The position numbers and the translations under genes were made by a program. The notes under the pieces are model-generated. The model made no database searches and was not told where the DNA came from. It saw only the letters and a program-made list of their open reading frames with translations. Below, one piece after another: positions 10,531-22,539 of a stretch of DNA of 55,879 bases (its first letter is position 1; each line of letters begins with the position of its first letter). Origin of the DNA: Vicinamibacterales bacterium (lineage in GTDB: Bacteria > Acidobacteriota > Vicinamibacteria > Vicinamibacterales > SCN-69-37); assembly GCA_035512795.1 (NCBI GenBank), contig DATKDF010000075.1, positions 1-55,879 on the forward strand. Direction: 5' to 3'.

Positions 10531-12567
10531 ATGCGCCTGCTACTCACGCTGCTCGTTCTCGTCACTGCACCCGCCCAGGAGCAGACTCGCCGCCCGATGA
10601 CGGTCGACGACGCCCTGGACCTCAAGAACGTCGGCAACGCCCTGATCTCGCCGGACGGGCGGTCGGTCTTCTACTCGGTCTCGGAACTCGACTGGGCCGG
10701 CAACAAGCGCAACACGAAGTACTACCTGGTGCCGGCCGAGGGCGGCGAGCCGTACGAGTATCTCGGCAAGGACGGCGGCGCGAGCTTCCAGTTCTCGCCC
10801 GACGGCAGGTACTTCACGTTCACTCGGCCGGTCGACGACAAGGCACAGCTCTTCTGGATGCGGACGACCGGGGGCGAGGCCACGCCGCTCTTCACGCACG
10901 AGACGGCCATCAGCGAGTACAAGTGGTCGGCCGACTCGGCGAAGATCTTCTTCCGCGCCACCGACAAGCGCCCCGACGCCGAGCAGAAGGCCATCGACGC
11001 CAAAGACGACGCGATTTTCGTCGACGAGGGACCGAACGGGCAGGCGGCCGCGTACTGGAGCAACCTGTGGGTCTTCGACATCGCGACCAGGAAGGCCACC
11101 CGGATCACCAGCGAGCCGTTCATCGTCTCGGACTTCGACCCGTCGCCCGATGGCACCCGCGTGGCGTTTGTCGCCCGCACGACGAATCGACGCAACGACG
11201 CCGACCGGAACGAGATCTACGTCGTCACCGTGGCCGACGGGCTGAAGACGCAGCTGACCGACAATCGGGCACCCGAGAGCGGCCTGCTGTGGGCGCCCGG
11301 CGGCGAGGTGTTCCTGTTCACGGCCGCCGACGACCGGGCGTGGCTCAATCGCAATCCCAAGATCTACGTGATGGACCCGAACACGCGGACCCATCGGCTC
11401 GTGTCGGGAGAGTACGAGGGCGGCATCAGCAACCCCATCTGGACGCCCGACGGCCGCGCGATCCTCTTCAACGGCCAGCAGGGCGTCGACACCCATCTGT
11501 TCCGGCTCGACATCACCACCGGCACGTTCAGCAAGCTGACCGACACGCCCGGCACGTTCAACGCGTCGTCCTATTCGAACGACCGGTCGAAGCTCGTCTA
11601 CACGGCCACGGACTTCGATACGCCCGGCGATCTCTGGGTGTCGGCCGTCGAGCCGTTCCGTCCGGTTCGCCTGACCAATGTCAACCCGCACACCGAGTCG
11701 TCGTTCGCGCTGGCGTCGATGCGGGTCGTCCGCTGGAAGAGCAAGGGCGGCATGGAGATTGAGGGACTGCTGCACCTGCCCATCGGCTACGTCGAAGGCG
11801 CGCGCGTGCCGCTCATGCTGAACATCCACGGCGGTCCGGCCGGTTCGTGGCGCAACACGTTCGCGCCGATGTACCACGTCTACGCCGGTCTGGGCTACGC
11901 GTCGCTCTCGCCCAACGTGCGCGGCAGCAGCGGCTACACGGACCGCCTCCGCGAAGGCAATACGGTCGAGAGGGGTGATGGCATCGGGTACGGCGATTAC
12001 GAGGATCTCGTGACCGGCGTGGACATGCTCATCGAGCAGGGCATCGCCGATCCCGATCGGCTGGCACTCCGCGGCTGGAGTTATGGCGGCATCCTGGGTG
12101 GCTGGACGATTACGCAGACCGACCGCTTCAAGGCCGCCTCGATTGGCGCCGGCGTCTACGACTGGACGTCCGAGTTCGGCCCCGGCTTCAACAACGACGT
12201 CCGGCTCTGGCATATCGGCGGGACGCCCTGGGACAACCCGGACGGCTACCGCAAGCAGTCGGCGCTCACGCACGCCGCGAACGTCACGACGCCGACCCTG
12301 CTCATTCACGGGATGAACGACACCACCGACACCGAAGCGCAGAGCATGATGTTCTTCACGGCGATCAAGGACATCGGCAAGGCGCCGGTGCGTTACCTCC
12401 GCTTTCCGCGCGAGCCGCACGGGTTCCGCGAACCGCGCCACCAGCGGACACGGGACATCGAGGAGATCCGCTGGATGCAGAAGCACGTGCTCGGCGTCGA
12501 ATGGACGCCGTGGGAGCGGGGGGAGGAGAAGAAAGAGGGGGCTACCGCACCTCGCGGACGAATCTGA
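10531..12567 (+). CDS. S9 family serine peptidase with PD40 propeller
   Basis: Signal peptide MRLLLTLLVLVTAPAQ. PD40 repeats: ISPDGRSVFY, FSPDGRYFTF, PSPDGTRVAF, WTPDGRAILF. Catalytic domain with GWSYGG, IHGMNDTTD and EPHGF. Confidence 0.9.
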   Translation: MRLLLTLLVLVTAPAQEQTRRPMTVDDALDLKNVGNALISPDGRSVFYSVSELDWAGNKRNTKYYLVPAEGGEPYEYLGKDGGASFQFSPDGRYFTFTRPVDDKAQLFWMRTTGGEATPLFTHETAISEYKWSADSAKIFFRATDKRPDAEQKAIDAKDDAIFVDEGPNGQAAAYWSNLWVFDIATRKATRITSEPFIVSDFDPSPDGTRVAFVARTTNRRNDADRNEIYVVTVADGLKTQLTDNRAPESGLLWAPGGEVFLFTAADDRAWLNRNPKIYVMDPNTRTHRLVSGEYEGGISNPIWTPDGRAILFNGQQGVDTHLFRLDITTGTFSKLTDTPGTFNASSYSNDRSKLVYTATDFDTPGDLWVSAVEPFRPVRLTNVNPHTESSFALASMRVVRWKSKGGMEIEGLLHLPIGYVEGARVPLMLNIHGGPAGSWRNTFAPMYHVYAGLGYASLSPNVRGSSGYTDRLREGNTVERGDGIGYGDYEDLVTGVDMLIEQGIADPDRLALRGWSYGGILGGWTITQTDRFKAASIGAGVYDWTSEFGPGFNNDVRLWHIGGTPWDNPDGYRKQSALTHAANVTTPTLLIHGMNDTTDTEAQSMMFFTAIKDIGKAPVRYLRFPREPHGFREPRHQRTRDIEEIRWMQKHVLGVEWTPWERGEEKKEGATAPRGRI

Positions 12568-12919
12568 TCGAGTTGCCGTCGGGATCGCACACGTACATCT
12601 CGCGATTGCCCCAGGTCTGGTCGGTGGGGGCCATGTCGATCGACACTCCGCGCAGGATCAGCTCTTCGTACAGCCCGTCGATGTCCTCGACGATCAGGTA
12701 GACCACACTGCCGCCCACGCCGTCGCCCGGGAACGACGACAGGTGCAGGAGCGCGTCGCCGCGGGCGACGCCCAGGTAGGCCGGGTCGGGTCGCGCCGGG
12801 TCGGGCCGATGGACGAACGTCCGCTCGAAGCCGAGGTCCTGGCAGAAGAAGTGCTCGGCGGCGGAGGTGCTCGTCACGTGCAACACCGGCACTGCCTGCC
12901 GAAACGTCGGTCCCGGCAT
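12542..12919 (-). CDS. VOC/glyoxalase superfamily protein, bleomycin-resistance-protein-like
   Basis: About 125 aa. Motifs VPVLHVTSTSAAEHFFCQDLGFE, ALLHLSSFPGDG, VYLIVEDIDGLYEEL, WGNREMYVCDPDGNSIRF. Start set at ATG 12919, 2 nt after the upstream radical SAM stop. The longest ORF start is 12964. Confidence 0.8.
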   Translation of the reverse strand: MPGPTFRQAVPVLHVTSTSAAEHFFCQDLGFERTFVHRPDPARPDPAYLGVARGDALLHLSSFPGDGVGGSVVYLIVEDIDGLYEELILRGVSIDMAPTDQTWGNREMYVCDPDGNSIRFVREVR

Positions 12920-12921
12920 CG

Positions 12922-14298
12922 TCACCTCACCCACAGCGGCTTGAGCGTCGTCGGCGACCCGCACTTTTCGAACCAGTCGACACCTTCGCTCACCAGATCG
13001 AACTTCAGCGCATAGCGGCCCGGCGCGTCGACCGGTGGAATCTCCAGGTCGATGTCGGCCACGCCACCCGGTTCGAGGGCGCGTGGCAGGCGCGCCCGGG
13101 CGAAGTCGAGGTTGATGAGCCGGCCGTGTTCGTCGCAGAGCTGCGCACCCAGCCGCACGAGCCGGCGGCCGTAGGTGGCATCGGCCGGGAAGGCGCGCGT
13201 CGACAGGTTGTGGACGCGCGTCTTGACCCGAAACGGCCGGGCGGCCCTGGCCACGATCGGCAGGCGCGAGAGCCCCGGGACCGGCAGCGGCGGCCGGATG
13301 TCGATGCGCGCACGGGGCGTCGCGCCGGGAATGGCATTGCCCAGGTTGCTGTCGTCCCAGGTTTCGCGGCGGATCGCCTCGTAGTCGGGCGACCCCACCA
13401 CGAACCGGCGCGAGAACGCGTTCTCGGGATGATCAGTGATCTCCCAGCAGAGCCGATCGACGCCCATCTGCACCGCCAGGCGTCGCGCCTCGCTCATCTC
13501 CTCGTCGCTGTCGTTCCAGGTGAAGAGGATGTAGCGCCAGTTGAGGAACGGCAGATCGCGGCCGGCTCGGCGCTTCTCGTCGGCCATCGCCTGCAGGTTG
13601 CGGAGCGCGACGTCGAACCTGCCGCGTTGCCGGTACCGCGCGTAGCTGTCGGCCCGGGCGCCGTCGATCGAAAACGTGACTTCGTCGATGCCCGAGTGCA
13701 CGAGCCGCCGCGCCTGCTCTTCGCTCTGCGCGGTGCCGTTGGTGCTGGTGTAGACGTAGATGTGCGGGTGGTGGCTCTTGATGTACTCGACCATCTCGAC
13801 GGCGCGCTTGTGGAGAAATGCCTCGCCGTAGTTGAAGAAGTCGATACGCGCGAGCGACGGGCCGACCTCGTCGATCACCCGCCGGAACAGGTCGACGTCG
13901 AGCATGCCGGCCTGGCGGGTTCTCGTGATGCCCGTCTCGGGCGCACAACACGCCTCGAAACACGAGATGTTGCACGCAGCCGTGCATTCGATGAACATCC
14001 GGCCCGGCAGCCGGCCGGCGTCGAGCGGCCGGACCGCCAGCGCCTCGCCGTCGGCAAGCGGACGCTTCAACGCGCAGTCGCCGCAAAAGGCCGACCCACC
14101 CTCGTTCAGCTCACCACGCAGCGTCGTGATCGTCGGCCCGCGCCAGACGTCCTCGACTGACGAGGTCCGCACATCGCCGAGCACGCGCTTCGCGTACGGA
14201 TCGGCGCAGCCGCAGACGATCCGCCCGTCGCAGAGCATGACGAGCATCTCCCACGGCCAGGTGCACTGGAAGCGGGTGGCCAGGTAGTTGAGCGACAT
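12922..14298 (-). CDS. atypical radical SAM-like protein with N-terminal SPASM/twitch-like Cys cluster and C-terminal beta-sandwich-like module
   Basis: N-terminal segment CTWPWEMLVMLCDGRIVCGC...LGDV...VEDVW...FCGDC follows a SPASM-like pattern. The core starts at FIECTAACNISCFEACCAPE, then FFNYGEAFL, YTSTNGT, VTFSIDG (TIM-barrel radical SAM-like). The last ~105 aa resemble the C-terminus of the 26757..27992 protein. Confidence 0.7.
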   Translation of the reverse strand: MSLNYLATRFQCTWPWEMLVMLCDGRIVCGCADPYAKRVLGDVRTSSVEDVWRGPTITTLRGELNEGGSAFCGDCALKRPLADGEALAVRPLDAGRLPGRMFIECTAACNISCFEACCAPETGITRTRQAGMLDVDLFRRVIDEVGPSLARIDFFNYGEAFLHKRAVEMVEYIKSHHPHIYVYTSTNGTAQSEEQARRLVHSGIDEVTFSIDGARADSYARYRQRGRFDVALRNLQAMADEKRRAGRDLPFLNWRYILFTWNDSDEEMSEARRLAVQMGVDRLCWEITDHPENAFSRRFVVGSPDYEAIRRETWDDSNLGNAIPGATPRARIDIRPPLPVPGLSRLPIVARAARPFRVKTRVHNLSTRAFPADATYGRRLVRLGAQLCDEHGRLINLDFARARLPRALEPGGVADIDLEIPPVDAPGRYALKFDLVSEGVDWFEKCGSPTTLKPLWVR

Positions 14299-14316
14299 CC
14301 GGACGTGCTGTTCACT

Positions 14317-14559
14317 CTAGCCGATCAAGCGCCGGATGCGGTCCTTCGCGGCCTTTCTCACGGCCGGTGGAAGCGGTTTGCCGGCCGCGCTGCGACAGAG
14401 ATCGATCGTCTGCCGCAGCTCGGCGAGCACACCGGCGCACCGCGGGCACGTCCGTGCATGCGCCTCGAGGCTGCGGCACTGGCCGGCCGGCAGGTCACCA
14501 TCGAGATAGGCCGACAGCCGCTCGAGCAGCACCCGGCAGAACGCGGGTCGGCGGGTCAC
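14317..14559 (-). CDS. soluble zinc-binding (ZAS, zf-HC2) anti-sigma factor, RsrA-like
   Basis: 80 aa with no membrane segment. C8-x25-H34-x3-C38-x2-C41 (HARTCPRC). Its GTG start overlaps the sigma stop (GTGA at 14556-14559). Confidence 0.8.
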   Translation of the reverse strand: MTRRPAFCRVLLERLSAYLDGDLPAGQCRSLEAHARTCPRCAGVLAELRQTIDLCRSAAGKPLPPAVRKAAKDRIRRLIG

Positions 14560-15176
14560 CGGCTCCCCAGCCGCTCCCGCAGCATCACGCGGGCACGGTG
14601 CAGCCTCGTCTTGACGTTGTCTTCGGTGAGCCCCGTGACGCCGGCCACCTCCCGCGTCGAGAGCCCCTCCATCTCCCGAAGCAGGACGATGAGGCGGTAC
14701 TGTGGCGGCAGAGCGGCCAGCGCCCGGCGTAACCGGCGGCCGAGCCAGGCGTTGAGCGCCAGTTCGTCAGGGGTCTTGCCCGCGTCGGCGACGTCCACAC
14801 CGGCCGACCGCCCATCGGCGTCCACGCCGCCGCCCTCGATCGACACCAGATGCGCGGGTTCGTCCACGCGCCGGCGCCGCTTCATCCGGCAGGCGTTGGT
14901 CACGGTCCTGTAGAGCCACGTCCGGAAGGCTTCCGGCCGCTCGATCCGCCCGACGTACCGGTAGGTCTTGAGCAGGGCCTCCTGCATCACGTCCTCGGCG
15001 TCCTCGGCGTGCCCGCACACGAGCAGGCTGAACCGGAACGCCACCTCCTGCGCCCGCATGAGCAGGCGCTCCATCGCCGCGCGGTCGCCGGTCGCCGCCG
15101 CCCGGACGAGCGCCTCGTATTCGTCCGCCCGGGCGGACCTGTCAGACAGGAGATTCAGGTTTCGGCGTTTCGTCAC
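14556..15176 (-). CDS. ECF (sigma-70 group IV) RNA polymerase sigma factor
   Basis: Region 2 DVMQEALLKTYRYVGRIERPEAFRTWLYRTVTNACRMKRRR. Region 4 LPPQYRLIVLLREMEGLSTREVAGVTGLTEDNVKTRLHRARVMLRE. Start uncertain: GTG 15176 is preferred over the longest ATG 15236, which would abut the divergent TolC-like start. Confidence 0.85.
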   Translation of the reverse strand: MTKRRNLNLLSDRSARADEYEALVRAAATGDRAAMERLLMRAQEVAFRFSLLVCGHAEDAEDVMQEALLKTYRYVGRIERPEAFRTWLYRTVTNACRMKRRRRVDEPAHLVSIEGGGVDADGRSAGVDVADAGKTPDELALNAWLGRRLRRALAALPPQYRLIVLLREMEGLSTREVAGVTGLTEDNVKTRLHRARVMLRERLGSR

Positions 15177-15235
15177 AGGACCCGGCGCCAATTGTATGGG
15201 TGTCACCTTTTCCGCCCGGCTGAATCTCTGGGCCA

Positions 15236-16573
15236 ATGCGTCGCGCGCTCGTCCTCACGATCGTGGCGTCCTGCGCCCTCGTGGCCTCGCCGGCCCGGGC
15301 ACAGACGCGGCTCACGCTGTCCGAAGCGGTTCGCCAGGCCACCGAGGGCAACCCGGGCATTCTCGCGGCTGCCGCCGCCACTGATGAGGCGCGGGCCCAC
15401 GCCGATGCGGCCCGGGCGGCATGGCTGCCGCGCGTGTCGTTCTCCGAAAGCTGGCAGCGAAGCAATCAGCCGGTCTTCGTATTCAGTTCCCTGCTCGCGG
15501 CACGGGCGTTCACCGAGGCAGACTTCGCGACGTCGCGGCTGAACCAGCCAGACGCCGTCTCGGCATTCGCGGGCCGCTTCTTCGTGAACCAGGTGGTCTA
15601 CGACGCCCGCACCGGCGCGACGACGGCCCTCGAGTCGGCGCGGCACGCTGCCGCCCGCGCGGCCCTCGACGAGCGCCGGGCCACCGTGGCGCTCGACGTC
15701 ACGCGGGCCTACGGACGTGCCCTGGCGGCCGCCGCCGCCGAGTCGGCCGCCCGCGGGGCCGCCGACGCCGCGCGGGAAAATGTCGCGCGCGCCGAACGCC
15801 GGCGCGACGCGGGCCTCGCCACCGACGCCGACGTGCTGGCCTTTTCGGTCCACGCCGCCGCGATGGAGCGCCGGCGGATCGCCGCAGCCGGTGAGGTGCT
15901 GGTGGCTCACGCGGAACTGAATCGCCTGACCGGCGAGCCCATCGATCGCACACTCGGGCTCGAGGAGCCGCCGCCGCCACCCGATCACGCGCTCGAGGCC
16001 GCCGCCCTCATCCGCGAAGCCGAAGCCCAGCGGCCCGAACTGAGACGCGCGGCCGCCGAACGCCGCGCCGCCGAGGCCGGCTCGCGCATGGCGCGCGCCG
16101 GGTGGCTGCCGCGGGTCACGGCGCAGGCGGGCTACCAGATCGAGGGGCTCGAACTGGTCGACCGCGCCGACTCGTGGCTCATCGGCGGCGAGGTCACCTG
16201 GAGCCTCTCGGTCGGTGGGGCCGAACGCGCCCGCGCGCGTGCGGCCCGCGCCGCCCTTGCGGCCGCTGACGCACGGGCGGCCGACACGCGCGCGGCTCTT
16301 CAGCTCGATGTGGTCACTGCCGTCGTGACGGCGAACACCGCGCGCGCCCGCCTCGTCACCGGACGCCGGACCGTCGAAGAGGCGGCCGAGCGCGAGCGCA
16401 TCACGCGCAACCGATACGACGCCGGCCTGGCCGGTGTCATCGATGTCCTCGCGGCCGCATCGGCCTCGCTCGACGCCGAACTCGAACGGGTGGCCGCGCT
16501 CGTCGACGCGCTTGTCGCCGCCGCCATGCTGGACCGGGCCGTGGGGCGGCCGGTCGGGACCCGATTGCCATGA
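15236..16573 (+). CDS. TolC family outer-membrane efflux protein
   Basis: Signal peptide [23 protein letters not shown]. TolC-like start [20 protein letters not shown]. Two Ala/Arg-rich coiled-coil repeats. ATGA overlap with the next gene. Confidence 0.85.
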   Translation: MRRALVLTIVASCALVASPARAQTRLTLSEAVRQATEGNPGILAAAAATDEARAHADAARAAWLPRVSFSESWQRSNQPVFVFSSLLAARAFTEADFATSRLNQPDAVSAFAGRFFVNQVVYDARTGATTALESARHAAARAALDERRATVALDVTRAYGRALAAAAAESAARGAADAARENVARAERRRDAGLATDADVLAFSVHAAAMERRRIAAAGEVLVAHAELNRLTGEPIDRTLGLEEPPPPPDHALEAAALIREAEAQRPELRRAAAERRAAEAGSRMARAGWLPRVTAQAGYQIEGLELVDRADSWLIGGEVTWSLSVGGAERARARAARAALAAADARAADTRAALQLDVVTAVVTANTARARLVTGRRTVEEAAERERITRNRYDAGLAGVIDVLAAASASLDAELERVAALVDALVAAAMLDRAVGRPVGTRLP

Positions 16574-17753
16574 CACGTCATGTGACGACCGTCTTCGCGC
16601 TTGCGGGCCTCGCGGCCATGGCGGGCGCCTGCTCATCACCGCCGCCAGCCGGTCCGGCCGACGCGGCGGCGCCCGTCGCCGTGTCCACCGCCTCGGTCGA
16701 CCAACGCGACTGGCCGTCGTTTGTGGAGGCCGGCGGCGTCCTGCGCGCGCGAACCACGGCCGTGGTCTCGAGCCGACTGCTCGCGCCGGTGGTGGCCGTT
16801 CGGGTCCAGGCCGGCGATCGGGTGACGCGCGGTCAGCTGCTCATCGACCTCGACGCCGCCGAAGCGCGGGCGCAGGCCGCGCGCGCGACCGCGTCGTTCG
16901 AAGCGGCGCGCCAGTCACTCGAGGCCGCGGGCGCCGAGGTCGCAGGCGCCGATGCGGCCCTTGCCCTTGCCCGCGCCACGCACGATCGGATTCGCCGGCT
17001 CGCGGACACGAAGTCGGCGACGGCGCAGGAACTCGACGAGGCCGTGGCCGGTCTGGCCGCCGCCGAGGCACGCGCGACGGCCGCCCGGGCGGGTGCTGCT
17101 CAGGCGGCATCGGCCCTGGCCGCCGCCAGAGCCGGAGCCGACGCCGGCGCGATCGTGGCCGCGTACGGCACGCTCCACGCGCCGTTCGACGGCATCGTGG
17201 CCCGGCGCGACGTCGACCCGGGCTCGATGGCCACACCCGGCACGCCGCTCCTCGTCATCGAGGACCCGGCGGCGCTCCGGCTCGAAGTCGACCTCGACGC
17301 GACGCGCGCGGCCGGCATCGCCACCGGCGCCGCCGTGACGGTTCGCGTCGACAGCGACGGCGTCGACGCACCCTGGGTCGACGGGCGCGTCGCCGAAATC
17401 GCGCGCGTGGACACGGGCGCGCCGGCGTTCCGCATCAAGGTGGACGTCGCCGGTGCGCATACCTGGCGTTCGGGCCTCTTCGGACGCGCCCGCTTCACGG
17501 GCGCGTCCCGGCAGGCCGTCACGGCCCCGGCGGCTGCCATCGTCAGCCGCGGCCAGTTATCACTCGTCTTCGTTGTCGGCGCCGACGACATCGCGCGGCT
17601 CCGCACCGTTCGCGTCGGCGACGCCCAGGGCGATCGCATCGAGATGCTGGCCGGCGTCTCGGCCGGCGAACGCGTGGTGCTCGATCCTCCGGCCACGCTC
17701 AGGGATGGCAGTCGCGTCACCGCATCACACGCGCCGCCGGCCGGAGCCGGCCG

Positions 17754-17757
<4 letters not shown>
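16570..17757 (+). CDS. efflux RND periplasmic adaptor (MFP/HlyD family)
   Basis: Lipoprotein-like N-terminus [12 protein letters not shown]. Lipoyl-like and hairpin segments: [19 protein letters not shown], long Ala-rich hairpin, [19 protein letters not shown] overlaps on both sides. Confidence 0.85.
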
Positions 17758-20936
<3,179 letters not shown>

Positions 20937-20943
20937 GGGTGTG

Positions 20944-21663
20944 ATGGACACGAAGCCAGCCCGCCAGGTGGTCGTCCCGGTCGATTTCAGTGACGCGTCG
21001 GCCCGGGCCGTCGCGATCGGAGGTGCACTCGCGGACCAGTGGCCCGCACGCCTGCACCTGATGCACGCCGAGGCGTTCGAGGCGCCCGCCTACTTCACGC
21101 ACGAGCAGATCGAAACGCTTGCGGCGGAACGGCGCGAACTCCATCGGCAGGCCCGCGATTACCTGGCGGCGTTCGGACAGCAGCACACGTCGACGCCGTT
21201 CGAGGCCTCGATCGAGACCGACACGCCGACGGCCGCCATCCTCGGGCGGTCCGCCGGCGCAGACCTCGTGGTGATGGGCACGCACGGCCGGCGCGGGCCG
21301 AGCCGCTGGTGGCTGGGCTCGGTCGCCGAACGCGTGCTCCGCGAGATCGATCGGCCGCTGCTCGTCGTGCATGCCGGCGACGCACCGGCCGGGGTCTTCG
21401 ATCGCTTGATGGTCGTGGCCGAGCCGCCGCTCGCTGGAACGGCAGCCATCGCTCTGGCGACCGCGTTGGCCGAACCGGCCGGCGGGCGCATCGTGGACCG
21501 GCGTGGCCAGCCGCTCACGCCTGATGAGGACGCCGACGCGTCGCTCGTCGTCATCGCCATCCCGCCGGTGCGCGCGGCAACCGCCCGGCTGCGGTTCGGC
21601 CTGTCGAGGGTCCGGCAGCAAGCCGGACCCGTCCTGTTCGTTCCCGAGGAGGAATCATCATGA
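20944..21663 (+). CDS. universal stress protein (tandem Usp, second half degenerate)
   Basis: VVVPVDFSDASARAV, DLVVMGTHGRRGPSRWWLGSVAERVLREIDRPLLVV. Starts 7 nt after the RND stop. ATGA overlap with the next gene. Confidence 0.8.
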   Translation: MDTKPARQVVVPVDFSDASARAVAIGGALADQWPARLHLMHAEAFEAPAYFTHEQIETLAAERRELHRQARDYLAAFGQQHTSTPFEASIETDTPTAAILGRSAGADLVVMGTHGRRGPSRWWLGSVAERVLREIDRPLLVVHAGDAPAGVFDRLMVVAEPPLAGTAAIALATALAEPAGGRIVDRRGQPLTPDEDADASLVVIAIPPVRAATARLRFGLSRVRQQAGPVLFVPEEESS

Positions 21664-21875
21664 CTGTCGAAGCTGGAATTCGTCTGATCGGCGGAGCGTT
21701 CGTGTTCGCCAGCGCCCTGGCGGGCATGTTCGTGGACGTGCGGTTCCTGTGGTTCACGATGTTCGTCGGCGCCAACCTGATGCAGTCGGCATTCACCGGA
21801 TGGTGCCCGATGATGGCGATCCTGCGAAGCCTTCACCTGCGGGAGTGCGCGCCGTCAGCCGTGCATCACGTCTGA
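21660..21875 (+). CDS. DUF2892 (YgaP-type transmembrane domain) small membrane protein
   Basis: 71 aa with two hydrophobic helices and the FTGWCPMMAILR motif typical of DUF2892 (from memory). Confidence 0.7.
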   Translation: MTVEAGIRLIGGAFVFASALAGMFVDVRFLWFTMFVGANLMQSAFTGWCPMMAILRSLHLRECAPSAVHHV

Positions 21876-21885
21876 CCACTCCGGA

Positions 21886-21904
21886 TGGCGCTGGTACTGC
21901 GCCA
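21886..21904. terminator. candidate bidirectional hairpin between convergent genes
   Basis: TGGCGC-tggtact-GCGCCA: 6-bp perfect stem, 7-nt loop. No clear T-tract. Confidence 0.25.
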
Positions 21905-21959
21905 GCACGAAGGGACAGAGCGGCACGTCGGTGTGATCTCTTCGCGCACAATCGTGATG

Positions 21960-22397
21960 TCAGCCACGGTCCCCCAGGGGTCGGTCGTCCAGCCCGCGCG
22001 CCAGCCACCCGATGAGCAGGCCGAAGCCGAGCACGGCCGTCCCCTCCCAGATGCGCCAGAGCCACGGCAGACCTTCGGCCCAGTCAATGAAGTAGAGTGC
22101 GATCCCGAAGAGCGGCAGCGCCACGCCCAGGTACCTGAGGACGGGCAGGCACCGGATCGGATCGAACGACATCACCCAGAACGAGCCGCCGAGAATCGCA
22201 TAAAGCGCCGAGGTCGACCGCGCCAGATAGCCGACGACAGGCTCGGTCGGGAGATCACCCATGCCGAGCGCACCGTGGATCGCCTGCATCCACGACTCCG
22301 GCGCCACGACAAAGACGACCGCGAAGAGCGACGACGTCCCGAACAGGCGCAGCAACGCGACGAGAACGGCACGGCGGGTCGACTGCCGGTCTGGCAT
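21960..22397 (-). CDS. hypothetical integral membrane protein (about 4 TM)
   Basis: Track ORF 21960..22610 trimmed to ATG 22397 (MPDRQSTRRAVLVALLRLFGTSSLFAVVFVVAP...). GC3-rich codons, hydrophobic helices. No family recognised. Confidence 0.6.
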   Translation of the reverse strand: MPDRQSTRRAVLVALLRLFGTSSLFAVVFVVAPESWMQAIHGALGMGDLPTEPVVGYLARSTSALYAILGGSFWVMSFDPIRCLPVLRYLGVALPLFGIALYFIDWAEGLPWLWRIWEGTAVLGFGLLIGWLARGLDDRPLGDRG

Positions 22398-22539
22398 GGA
22401 AGTATCTTGGCCCGTCACCAGACCTTTCTCAACGGCCGGTACTTTCGCCCCATCCGTGTAAGTTCGACCGCTCCCCCTGCCGGCTCTGGAGCGACCGGCC
22501 TCGACGCTCTCAGGGCGGACGGGCTGGTATGCCATTCGC

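Noticed and set aside
15138-15150. Perfect palindrome CCTGTCAGACAGG near the 5' end of the ECF sigma gene as a possible operator
   Set aside because: It is a short single occurrence and lies inside the coding region for either candidate start. Nothing supports a regulatory role.
16434-17753. 440-aa N-terminal extension that makes the RND permease ORF 1500 aa long
   Set aside because: The extension is Arg/Gly/Pro-rich, low-complexity off-frame sequence. It completely overlaps the well-supported adaptor gene in another frame. The in-frame ATG at 17754 gives a canonical RND N-terminus and an ATGA coupling with the adaptor stop.
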